64,000 nt of DNA from Epiperipatus broadwayi. Its lineage: Eukaryota > Animalia > Onychophora. The notes below the pieces were generated by a model. It did no database searches, had not been told where the DNA came from, and worked only from the letters and a program-made list of their open reading frames with translations. The position numbers and the translations under genes were made by a program. Position 1 is the first letter of the stretch. The number at the start of each line of letters is the position of its first letter. Shown piece after piece: positions 12,726 through 24,557 of the stretch. Location of the stretch: the NCBI GenBank assembly GCA_028023455.1, contig JAQFVV010000005.1, forward strand, positions 7,502,001 to 7,566,000, given 5' to 3'.

Positions 12726-13720
12726 ATATATTTTTGATAGCTAGGTATATAGGAGATAGTCTATTTGTAGTTAGTTACACAACTTATGGATATAAGTAGT
12801 TAAAGTTAAAAATGGGGTGGGACTAAGGCAAGGATGCCCTATGTCACCTCTTTGTTTTTGTTGTATTTGAGTGAAATGGAGAGAGAGCAGTAGAAAGACT
12901 AGGAAGAGGGATAGAGATACCATTAATAGGTGGCAAGGGAGTATATACTTTGTCAGGTCTTTTTTTTGCAGTTGATGACTTTTTGACTGCAGAAAAAAGA
13001 GAAGATATGGAAGTTATGCTGAGGACATGCGCAAGGATGGGTAAAGAGATGGGGATTCACTTTAGTGAGGAAAAATCAAATATAATGATGGTTAATACTG
13101 GGGAAAGAGAAGATGAAGCATTTTCATTGGGTGATATAATGTTAAGTGTGGTGAATAGATATAGTTATTTGGGAATCATACTAAGTAATCAGAAAAATCT
13201 CTTAGATGAATGGGAGAAAAAATTGATAAATGAAGCAAAGAAACAAAAGGAATTGATAAAGAAATTAACAATGTTTTTATATAATAAATATGACATAGCT
13301 AGAATTGTATGGGAGTTACAGTAGCAGGGTTAACTATGGCAATAATGCATTGTGTTACTAAAGGGGTATTAGATTACTTAGAAAATGTACAAAGGGTAGT
13401 AGGAAGACATGTATTAGATGCAGATGTGTGGACCGTAAAGGATGCAATTCAAGGAGAAATGGGATGATCAGGTTTTTATATGAGATATGCAAAAAGTAAA
13501 ATGAAAATGTTCGGTAGATTGCAGTTTATGGATAATAAAAGAATAGCCAAAATAGTATTTAATTGGGTTATGAGTAAAAGGCAGGCAACAAGATGGGTGA
13601 GAAAGGTAATGTGGTATGCAGAAGATTTGGATAAAGAATTTGTATCAGTATACTTGTACAAAAAGTGGGATTGTGTTAGGAGGATTATTGAGTGTCACAG
13701 TAGTAAGGAATGGGATAGAA
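12726..13720 (+). pseudogene. LINE ORF2 RT domains 4-7 (continuation of the element at 1-2337)
   Basis: GLRQGCPMSPL at ~12820-12850, FFAVDD (FADD-like), GIHFSEEKS, YSYLGI. Same C-poor composition as 1-2337. Confidence 0.85.
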
Positions 13721-16629
13721 CCAGGCTTCTTAAACTTTTTTATATAGCGACCCCCTTCAAGCTTAGGAAATTTTAAACGACCCCCTCCTCCATATAATGA
13801 AATATATATTAACCGTAGATGTAGATGTAATATCGCACTATTTTACAATGTAAATAAAATAAGGATTAAAGAATACGTAACCATTCATTTCACATATATA
13901 TAATTGGAAACGTTGACGGGATATCGGTCGTAATAAAACACAATAAATAGAATGACATAAAACTATATATAAATTTATTCAATAGAAAAAATAAACTTTT
14001 GTAACAATTTTTTTATAAGAAAACATATTATTAACATCAAACAATATTAATGTGACGGATGTGATTGTTTATTTTTACACAAATAATTAAATCCAGGCTC
14101 AATTTGAGTTAGTGCAGATCGTAATAAATTTTCAACGTTTATTAAAGTTGAACGGTATTTTGATTTTATGTAAGTTAATGTGGAAAAGGCTGATTCACAT
14201 AAATATGTTGTACAAAATGGCAGTAATTTGTTCATTGCCATTTCCGATAGTAGGGGATATTCTGATTTGATTTCTATCCAAAATTCATGCACAGGCACTT
14301 GAGAAAATCTGAGTCGCAAGGTAGTATCACTTGTTAATTCGGCAAATTCTTCTTGTGCTTTTAAGTTTAAAAAATTAATTTCTTCCATTTCAATTGAAAA
14401 TGGATTGCAAATCCATTGTTGTGTATCGATATCATTGGGAAAATACCTATGCATGTAAACTTCCATATCCTTCAAATGATTAACTATAATTTTTGTTATA
14501 GGAGTATCTTTTTTTGAAATATTGTTACTAATTATATACTCGTCAGTAAATGGAAACATTTCGAGCGATCCACTTTCCACTCTGTTCTTCCATATAAGAA
14601 TTTTTTTAACAAAGGCCTCAAGTTTATTTTTTAACATAAACATATTAACGCAGACTCCCTGCATTGATAAATTCATATCATTGATTTTATCAAAAATATC
14701 TGCCAAATAGCATAGCTTGAGAAGCCATAAATTATCGTGAAAATAATCGGCCAAATTAGAATTTTGCTCTGTTAGAAATATAAGAACTTCATCTTTTAAA
14801 GTTAATAATCGTTTCAAACTTCGACCTCTTGATAGCCACCTAACTTCAGCATGTAATCCATATCAATGCACAAATTTTTAAACAATCGACTATTAAGTGC
14901 TCGACTTTTAATAAAGTTGATGATTTTGACTGCATCAAAAAACACAGTGTTTAATTCTGGTGCAATTTTTTTAACAACAAGTGCCTCTCGGTGAATCATA
15001 CAATGTGTAAATGTAATATGATCATTTCCAGCTTTAACAAATGCTGTAAAACCAAGATCTTGTCCGGTCATTGCTGCAGCACCGTCCGTGCACACACCAA
15101 CACAATTTTTCCAATTTAATCCTTCTTTTCAAAAACTCATTTACTTTTTTATATATATCTTTCCACGAGTATGACCTTCCAGAGGACGACAAAACAGTAT
15201 ATCTTCATGAATGCTTCCCTCATAAATATATCTTACAAAAAGTAACAACTGTGCCATTTTTGAAATGTCTGTTGACTCGTCCAGTTGTATTGCAAACTTT
15301 GAGCTGTCTTTAAGCCTCATAAGAAGCTGTTGAAATTGATCATTGCTAATGTCTGAAATTCTTTTGGACACAGTGTCATTTGATAATGGAATTTTACTAA
15401 TTTCAGCAGCATACTGTTTTCCATGAACAATTTCAGACATTCTTATAGCTGCAGGTAGTAAAGTTGCTCTCCAATAGTAAAAGGCTTTTTGTTTTTGCTA
15501 TCAAATACTGAAACTTCATACGATGCCAATAGATATTTATCATTCAAAGTAACATACTTCTCCAAAGTGTTCTTTTCTTTATTTGATGTTTGCAAAAGAC
15601 GCTCAAAATATTCTATTGGCTTTTTGATAACGTTGCATGTTTAGTATTCAAATGTCGTTGCAGTTTTGACGGTTTCATGCTTTCTGCAGCCAAAACTTCT
15701 TTGCAAATTAAGCACACTGGTTGTTCTTCATTGTTGTGAGAAGAGCATGTGAAGCCATACTGCAAATATGATTCGTCATATTTTCTTTTTTTGTTTTGCT
15801 AGAAGTCGGATTTGAAGCACTGCAACTTGGTTGTGACGGCGTGGCAGACTTATTAGTTGGAATTTTAATTAGCCATTTATCCATGATGGTTAAATAATAA
15901 TAAATAATTAAACAAAATGTAGTTGAACTTTAACGTAATAATTAAAAACACCAACTGAAAATTACACAGTAAATACACACATGTCACTACGAAGACAAAG
16001 CTGAGTCCAAACTGAAGTACAAACAGAAAAATAACTACACTCGAATCTTTACCAGTGCAATGACAACAAACTACGATCAGATCAACCCCGACGCATGGCG
16101 TGTTCAAAGTGTGCAGCGCACAAAGGCACCGTATCACAAAGACGCCGAAAAGAAGCTTTCATTTAATTTTTTTATTATTATTTTATAAAAATAATATGCC
16201 GATTCGCCTAGCCTAGCTTGATTATGCTTCCGTATTATGTGTGTAAGCTGTAAGGCGACGCGGCGTCTGGGTACTTATAATCACTAAGTTATCTTGCAAA
16301 CACTGACGCCGGCGGCCAGACATCAATGTCGAACGTTCAGTTGAAAATCGAGGAGCGCGTTGTATTTATTATTTTAAATGCTACTTCCATATTTTCATTT
16401 ATAGGCCCTACATAACAGTTTTGCATTGCCACTTTTTTCAAAAAATAGTTATAATAAAACTACAATAGTATTTTGTATGATTTTTATTTGTATTTATATT
16501 TGTACGTAGTGTGTATACTAATTTTAAAATTTTATTTATAATGATTGAAAAGTATCAGATCTTTGCGACCCCCTTTCAGTAGTCTCACGACCCCCCTGGG
16601 GGTCGCGACCCACAGTTTAAGAAGCCGGG
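13721..16629 (-). mobile_element. hAT DNA transposon, Buster/ZBED5-like, 2909 bp
   Basis: 16-bp TIRs ccaggcttcttaaact (13721-13736) and agtttaagaagccggg (16614-16629), with 1 mismatch. Perfect 8-bp TSD ggatagaa (13713-13720; 16630-16637) with central TA. Subterminal gcgaccc repeats. Confidence 0.95.
14047..15884 (-). pseudogene. Buster-type hAT transposase, frameshifted
   Basis: Starts MDKWL. BED finger (YLQYGF..CLIC..MKPSKL), LDESTD, CTDGAAAM, HCMIHRE, HAEVRWLS and YLCESAFS are present, ending KQSHPSH. At least 3 frameshifts or deletions. Confidence 0.93.
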
Positions 16630-17207
16630 GGATAGAAGAATAGATACATTAATAAAGAATAGGGAGTTGGAGAGAATGAAAACTAGTATGGAGAGTAAAA
16701 AGAGTTTTAATATATATAGAAGTAAACAGAGCGTTGGGTGCGAGTTAATTTATGATAATAGCAAGGAAAGTAGTTTATTGTTTAAGACTCGGTGTCTTTA
16801 GCAACAAGGGACTATACACATAAATGGAAAAAATGGGTGATTTAGTCTGCAAGTTGTATAAGGAAAGCACAATGAATATTAGGCATCTGTTAATTCAACG
16901 TAAATTTTTGAATGCAGAAAGGGTACAAATAATGAAGTTATGGAAGAATAAATATGAACAGGGTGATTATACAGTAAGTGTATTGGTTTTTATATTGGGT
17001 TTGAGAAAAGATAAGGGGATTTAGATATGAAGGGCATGGAGATGACAAAGATTGTGTTGTGGAAATGGGATGGAGCAAATTATGGGAAAACTTAGGGTGG
17101 GGAATGGAAAGGGAAGGTAAAGTGGCTAACAGGTTTCCTGGGCATAGTTGCTGAGAGATTCCTGACTCCATATAAGGAGGTCACAATGCATCACATCACA
17201 TTACATA
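16630..17207 (+). mobile_element. 3' end of the esterase LINE: ORF2 C-terminus with degenerate CCHC knuckle, 3' stem-loop and pentamer tail
   Basis: IYDNSKESSLLFKTR and C-K-L-(Y)..H-LLIQ-(R) as a degenerate CCHC. Hairpin tgactcc-atataa-ggaggtca at ~17163-17183. Tail catcacatcacattacata at 17189-17207. Confidence 0.75.
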
Positions 17208-18059
17208 AATGTCAAATAAATCAGTGTTATACAAAAGTCATTTATTTTATAAGAATAAATATTATATATTATCAAGAAATTTCTATATTGTAAAACAATT
17301 TTTAAAAAATGTGGAAAAATATTTTTGTTAATTGTTTTAAAATTGGTATCATTTCCTGGATTTTTAAAATGATAATACGTTCTTGTCAATAATAATACAT
17401 TCCTTACAATATTTACTGTCTGATGAGTTTATCAAGAAAAAATATTGTTTTGCTTTTTATGAAAAGTTCAATATTTTTTTCCAATTATCAACAATAGCAA
17501 TCATTTCTAAATGAATATGGCCATTCCAACTCCAAAAGAAAAAAAAGATAATAGTAGTACTCTAGATATATATAAATCACTGCATCAGATATTCTATCTT
17601 ACCAAGCTAACTTCATCTGCAACAAACTAACTCCTTTTTAATTGTAGCACTTCTTTAGTACATTTGAGATAATTTATATAATATAAATAGGATCTTCCTC
17701 TCCCATGAAAACTATGTTTAAGCTCATTATAAAATACTCCTTTTAGGAAATCTTTTATCATTCATTCATTTTACATGTTCATTCACTTCAGTAAATGAAA
17801 TAATTTTGTTATAGTAGTTTCTACAGCATCACTTCCAGCAAGCAGAAAAATGATTGATATTATAATCTTGCTATTGTATTTTTATAATATTTATAAAGCA
17901 TCTTTAAATAAAAAATTTCTAATGCTTTTGTTACATTCTTGGAGATTCCAAGTCTTACTTCAGTATAATAAATTGGGCAAAGTATCCACTCCGTATTTTA
18001 ATTTTGTTGGAATAGGCATTTTTCTTTAATATATGCAGATTTTCTATGAACTAGATCTA

Positions 18060-19060
18060 TTGTCTTGTTTGAAAGTAGTTGCTTCTTTACTAAAATTTGT
18101 TCATGTTATAAAACTTATACACGATAGAATGAGAAGAAGTGGAAAATCTGAGGCAATTGAAATGAAAACTGATAACAACGAAGGATGTGTATTTTCTTCA
18201 ACATTATTTTTAATTTTTATGACAGCCATGTTTGGAACATTTACAAGAAGCGTAAATCAAGATGCAAGAGAGATTTGATGGTGAGATTTTTATTAAAAGT
18301 AAAAATAAGAATTTCATGTTCTTAAATTCTGGTACTATTTTTGCCAATTCAAAAGATTATTTTAGAATACATTTAATGTTTTGAATGCAATATTTAAAGA
18401 TTTTGGTTTAATAATTAATATTTAAAATATTCAAATTTTTTTTATCAGCTAGTGATGGAGTCCTCACCAATTTTTAGCTTCATGGGTGATTACCAACTTA
18501 AGAATATAAACCAATTTAAATACCTTGTTGGACATCAAAATAGAAAGATGGACTTACATGTTGAGGTGCAACCTAGACTTCAATATGTTACTGCTGCTGT
18601 TCCAAATTAAAAATAAGAGTAAATTTATCACAGAGAAAGTTAGTTTTATATAGAGCTGTTATTTGACCTAATGTATTACATGGAAGTGAGATGTAGACAC
18701 CTAACAATGTAATATAAAGGCCTTAGAAAAGTTTCATTTAAGAATGCTCTAAAATCAATCAGTATTTTTTTCACTTTGCTTGTTGTGATATTAGAGATCT
18801 ATTATTGTAAAATTATACCTTTGATTAAATATATAAAATAAATGAACAAACAGTGCGAGACTTTCAAAAAATGTGTTTTATGGTGAACTAAAGTATGGTT
18901 TTCATGGGAGATTCTAAAGAAATGCAATGTTTATTGTTTTCATTGAGAAGATATGACAGGCAATAGAATACATTGGAGATCTAGAATTACACATAGTTTT
19001 AATGATTTGAGAAAGAAGTTTTCTGCAAAAAAATTAAGACAGTATTGCAAAATATCAAGT
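18060..19060 (+). mobile_element. decayed RTE-clade LINE, RT and C-terminal remnant
   Basis: KFVHVIKLIHD, EGCVFSSTLFLIF, FGLIINI, NQFKYL, YRAVI*PNVLHGSE and LEKFHLRML in RTE/BovB-like order; many stops. Confidence 0.78.
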
Positions 19061-22000
19061 AAACAGAAAAAAAACCACCATGTTCTGTATATGAATGTCT
19101 TTAGACTTCAAGTTTGTATAGTCATTATAAAACTCATTAATAGAGCAGTTTTTTTTAAAAATTTTTTTGAAGATCAAATGGCCATGCTCATTTAAAAGTA
19201 GTTGTATATGTATGTATATAAGCTAGAAAGCAAATTGTATAATTCCAGCTGATAGTAATAAAGGTTGCTATAAACATTAAAATCTTAATGATAATTCCTA
19301 ATAGCATGTCAAGGCTTTTACAAACAATATAAATGATTATAATATATAAAGTTTCGTTTTATTCCTATTAAAATATTTTGATGGTTTCTCAGGATTCAAT
19401 TTGTCTTGATGTAATTTTATGCTATTTGTATAGTTTTTCTAATGATGAAGCTTTAATTTGCATTTGTTTTTATTTATCCAAATTTGTTTTTAAATTAATA
19501 TCTTAAGAGTTTTTTAATAATTGGACAAGTCATTAAACTCAATTTATATATATAAGAGTGAAATTGATTATTTTGTACTCAAAATTTTCTTTGGAGGAAT
19601 TGGAGATTTGAGATTGTATTGAGTGTTATTAACTATATGATTCTGGTATGCAAGCCATAATCTTTTAAATTCTGTTAAGAAGCATATAAACATCAAGTGT
19701 GAATTATAGCTGAAGCTGTTTATGAAATATGAATAGAATCCAGCAAGATCAAATCCAGATGGGCTTATTATTTGATCTGGAAAAACAATTGTACTTAAAA
19801 CTTTTTTAAAAAAAAATTCTTTGGCTATTCAAAAAGTATCTATTGATCATCCACAAAATGGATCATAAATTTAAAATCTCTTAAATGAGTGATAAATCTG
19901 ATCTTAATAGTTCACCGTATATTTTTTATGAAAGTCAATTGTATTCCAATATCTTGCGGATGAGTATGTGAAAGAATGGAAAGTCACTTGAAGGGAGCCA
20001 GTAATATTTTTCATGGAAATTGTTCTCATGTATTTTGTTCCTGAAGTTCAGTTGAAATTGTGAAACATGTTAAGTATTAGTAAATTTGTATAACCTCAAA
20101 TATATAATTAGATATTTTTCAGTCTTTTTTGGGTACTCTACAATATATTTTTAGTTTATATAAGTCATTTAAGAGTCTTTTTAAATTATCCATTGTCATA
20201 ATTGTTCATTCACAATTTGTCTCTGAGTAACATTTTACTTTTAGACATTCTGTTAGAATTTATACAAAGTTTAGCATTTATCATTTTTAAAAATAAGAAG
20301 AATTTACTTTCATTTTTAATTTATAAATAAATTTTATGAGTTTGTAAATTAGACATTGACAAAATTTCTGGTTGGCATTGAAATTTTTGATAAAATTTTA
20401 TAATTTAATTTTTATCTTATTTACATTTTTTCTTTCTTTTGTGTTTGTACAGAATGTTTGTAGTTTTATTAATTTTTAAATTATTTTAATTTGATAGATT
20501 TCATTTCTACATAGGCATACTTGTAATTCATGTAGTATAGTTAATTGCAAAAAAATTGATATAGCATTTGAGCAATATAATGGTAGATCAAGCATTTAAC
20601 AATCTACATTTCAAATAAGCTAGAATCTTTTTTATGTGTAGATGGTTTATAAGAAACCAAATAGTTTATCCAATATTATTGATAAGTGGGTATCTAACTA
20701 TTCTTAGAGGGTAAAATATGAAAGGAAAATAATTAAAACATTTGTTACCAAGCAGTTGGCAAATCTAGTTAGTCATACCTCTTTAGGGATATTGGAGCAT
20801 TCTTTCTCTGCAATCAGCTTTTTAAAGTCTGTTTTTAATTTATATATATATGGAAATATTTATTGTGTGGAGTTATCCATTTATAAGTAACTTAATTAAA
20901 AAGCACTTAATGTATGACAAACTGCCCCAGGCCAAGAGCTAATGTAACACTGATAAGCTGATTGCATTTAAAAGAATTATTTATGTATATGTACATATAC
21001 ATTTTTTTATTTTTAGATCTCTTTCTCCTGTCAATTTTTAAAAAATATAAATTATTTAATTTAAGAATGCATAAATGATAGAAATGTTTCTATTTCATAT
21101 ATTGCACATAAAAATGCCTAACATTGTAAATACAGTTAACTTATTTTGTTTTATTTAGGTCATTTCATTGGTGCAACAACTTTACCTACTTTGAAAGAGC
21201 ATTCTAGAAGTGAAATGAGCCAAATAATTGATCACTGGAATCTTAGAAGTATTTCCTGTTAAGTCTTGATCTTTAGTAATCCTAATTACAATATTCATTC
21301 AATCTACATTTGTTCAAATTTTATAAGTAGACTTCTCAATATAATTTCAAAGTTCTAATTAAAAATTATTAAGAATAAAATAAACTTAAGAAAAATAATG
21401 TCAATTGTTATTTATTATTATCTACGATTTTACTGATATTAGAAAGTACTTCAAATTATCAATGACTAATATTTTTCGTTGTCATTTTCACAAAAAGCAG
21501 TAACTGTAATTTTACCATTTATACATAGATTTGATTAAGTCACAACGAGGATACTAAAAAATGTATAATGCTGCTGTCATACCTTATTTATTAGATAAAC
21601 ACTTTGAAGAATGTTATAAAAAACATTTTAATAGACATGATATACATTTTTCATAAAAAGAACAAAATCTCTAAAGTCTGTAATTAAAAGATTTATAATA
21701 ACCTTTTGTTTATTATTCCAGTTTTGTTGTTTTCACGAAAAAGATAAATTAATTAACACTGATTTGGAGATAAAGTTGCCACAGTTCTCACAAAATTGTT
21801 ATGCTTCTGCCATAATATATTTTTTAGACAGGCAAGTTCAATTTGAAGACTGTTACTTGAAATGTTTTAATAATCATGATAAATTACATGCCATTATTTA
21901 ATCCTTGATAAACCCAAGTACCAAGTAGCTATAAAATAATTTACAATATTTTTTTGTTATTTCAGCTTCATTGTTATATGAATTCTCTGTAAACAGACTT

Positions 22001-22311
22001 TCAGATGATAGTCTTTATATTGTTGCTACTTCACACATATTTGGATTATATGAAAGATTGACAAAAGTGTATATATATTTTAAAAAGTATTTAAATGGAA
22101 ATTACAATTGAGGGAACATTTTCCAGTTATTATTTAAATCTTCAAAATATGCAATAATAGAAAATTTAAGAATATTAATGTAAATTTTCATATTGCACTA
22201 TCTCGAAATGTCAGTATTAAGCTAAAAGTCCAATAATGTTATTTTAGATAAAGAAGTCTAAAACAGAAAATAAAAAATATATATAAAAAACCTCATTTAA
22301 AAGAATAATAT

Positions 22312-23420
22312 TTTCAGTGCAAGTTCTGTGAATGGAATATTGCTAGCAGAATTAATTTAATGTAAGATAAAACTTTTATAGAAGCAAAAGTTTTTGAAAA
22401 CAGTTTATTTGATTACAAAAGTGTTATTGCAATGAATATATTAAAGCAAGGAGAAAATGATAATAGTGAACAACTTTTCCAATGTAGTGAATGCAATTTC
22501 AAGGCTGTTAAAAAATGTGGCCTAAAAAGTCATGAAAGAATTCATGCAGGAAAATTAATTTTTAAATGCGTCCTTTGTACTTACAAAACTACGCAAATGT
22601 ATTCTTTAATAGTACATGAAAAACTTCATGCAGGAGAAAAACCCTTTCAGTCGGCTTTTTGTGAATACAGGACTGCTGTAAAAGGTAAGTTAAAAAATCA
22701 TGAAAAAACTCATACAGGTGAAACATCTTTTCATTGTGGTATTTGTGATTATAAAGCTGTGAGGAAAGATTCATTAAAATTACATGAAGCAAATCATACA
22801 GAAGAAAAACCTTTCCAGTGCAATGTTTGTGATTACAAAACTGCAAGAAGGTGTTCATTCCTAGTTCATGAAAAAAATCATACAGGAAAAAAACCTTTTC
22901 AGTGCAGCAGATGTGATTATAAGACAGCTGTAAAACATAATTTATTATCCCATTTGAAAATTCATGCAGAGGAAAGGCCTTTTCAGAGCAACAACTGTGA
23001 TTACAAAAGTAGTCAAAAATCTCATTTAAAGAGACATGAAAGAATTCACAGAAAAACCTTATTAATGCAATAAGTGTGATTACAAGTCTGCTATTAGACA
23101 ATGTTTAACTGTACACATAAAAATTCATACAGGAGAAAGACTTTATCAGTGTAGCATATGTGATTACAAGGCTATAACTAAGTATCATTTAACAGTACAT
23201 GAAAAACATCATATGAAGCAAAAAACTTTGCAATACAGTTCATTTGATTATAAAACTTTTACATAAATATTTTAAAAAGATTTTAAAAAAATAAATCATT
23301 GCTATTTCATGAAGGAAATTATTCCGAGAAAAAAACAGTCATTAGCAATGAAACCTGCTATCTATGTAGTTACAAAACTATTGTTAAAAATGATTTGGAA
23401 ACTCATGTAAACAATCATTT
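22312..23420 (+). pseudogene. full extent of the C2H2 array including decayed fingers outside the ORF
   Basis: In-frame FQCKFCEW..* upstream (22312). After a 2-nt deletion and a TAA: CNKCDYK..HIKIH, CSICDYK..HEKHH, and CYLCSYK..HVNNH (23356-23418). Confidence 0.7.
22432..23073 (+). CDS. C2H2 zinc-finger protein, open part of the array (7 fingers, 5 canonical); probably one exon or a pseudogene
   Basis: 28-aa repeats F-x-C-x2-C-D-Y-K..H-x3-H with TGEKP-like linkers. Fingers 3 and 7 have the first Cys changed to Ser. Confidence 0.8.
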   Translation: MNILKQGENDNSEQLFQCSECNFKAVKKCGLKSHERIHAGKLIFKCVLCTYKTTQMYSLIVHEKLHAGEKPFQSAFCEYRTAVKGKLKNHEKTHTGETSFHCGICDYKAVRKDSLKLHEANHTEEKPFQCNVCDYKTARRCSFLVHEKNHTGKKPFQCSRCDYKTAVKHNLLSHLKIHAEERPFQSNNCDYKSSQKSHLKRHERIHRKTLLMQ

Positions 23421-24557
23421 CATCCATATTGAAATTATTAAGATATATATGAGATTGACTTGAAAAAATATGTCAGAATAATCATACTTTAAAGAGGATC
23501 AAATAAGGATTAAACAAACACATTTAAATTAAAGATAGTACACTCACATTGTTAAAAGAGTATATTTACATAACATAATGTAATGTCAGTGAAAAATAAT
23601 GGAAAAATAGCATGCCCTATGTAATGAAATTGTAAGCCATTATCTTTAAAATGATAATCTTATTTTAAAGATTCAATTTTATCTGAATCTTTTTGTACGT
23701 ATGAAAAGGTACTTTGTTGCGATAGATAAATTAATGATTGTACATGATTTATTTTTAATTCAAATCTTTATAAATTTGGATATGTATATTTTATTAAATA
23801 AAAAGAAACATATACATCTTTTATTAAACATAAACATTATTACTTTTATAAGTACATATTTTTTTCATTTTTCTAGCAAAAGATATATCAATTGTGATTT
23901 TAAATGTTATCTTGGTAGCACACTATTTTGAGAAAAAGTATTAATTTTTAAAAATTTAGGAGCATTTGGATTTCAAACTGCATCATCATCAGTATTTTAT
24001 ATAAATGATGGTTGATTAATATACTTGCAGTAAAAATTGTGATCATAATTAAAACAAGACTGTGCACATCATAATTTTTTTATTATTGATTTTTCAAGAT
24101 AGGTCACATCATTTTAATGTTTTCTATACATTTATTAAAACAATAAAAATCATAATAGATTGCACTAAGATATATATGTTTTTACATATATTTTGTTTAA
24201 TTTAAATGTAAAGCTGTATGATGAATGGCTGATGTATGTTTCTTTCAATTTATTATACTATTAAAAACTTTGTTTTCCTTTTTTATAATCTAGTCTCATC
24301 TATTGTAAGCTTTGAGTAATCAGTGGACACTAAGTGATTATGTAATTTAATCTTCAACCCAGACCAATTATTTATGCTGTCAATAGATTTTTTTTTTTAA
24401 TTATTAAAGGCTATTGCGATCTGGTCGTAACCAATTAGCAATTTATCTCTAACTGTAAGATCAGAGTTCTAAATGCTAGTAATTATCCAGTGACAATTAA
24501 CTAGTTTTATTTGTCAACTAGTACACTTTATTATTGTGTACTTAAGCATTATTATGT

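Noticed and set aside
17415-17450. CTGATGA..GAAA hammerhead-like core
   Set aside because: Helix II has only 2 bp, and helices I and III cannot be paired.
19650-19900. GLLFDLEK / KWIINF as RT domain 3 debris
   Set aside because: Only two weak motifs, which is insufficient to call.
21159-21247. Possible upstream exon of the zinc-finger gene
   Set aside because: Plausible AG/GT sites, but no recognisable domain. Cannot be supported without transcripts.
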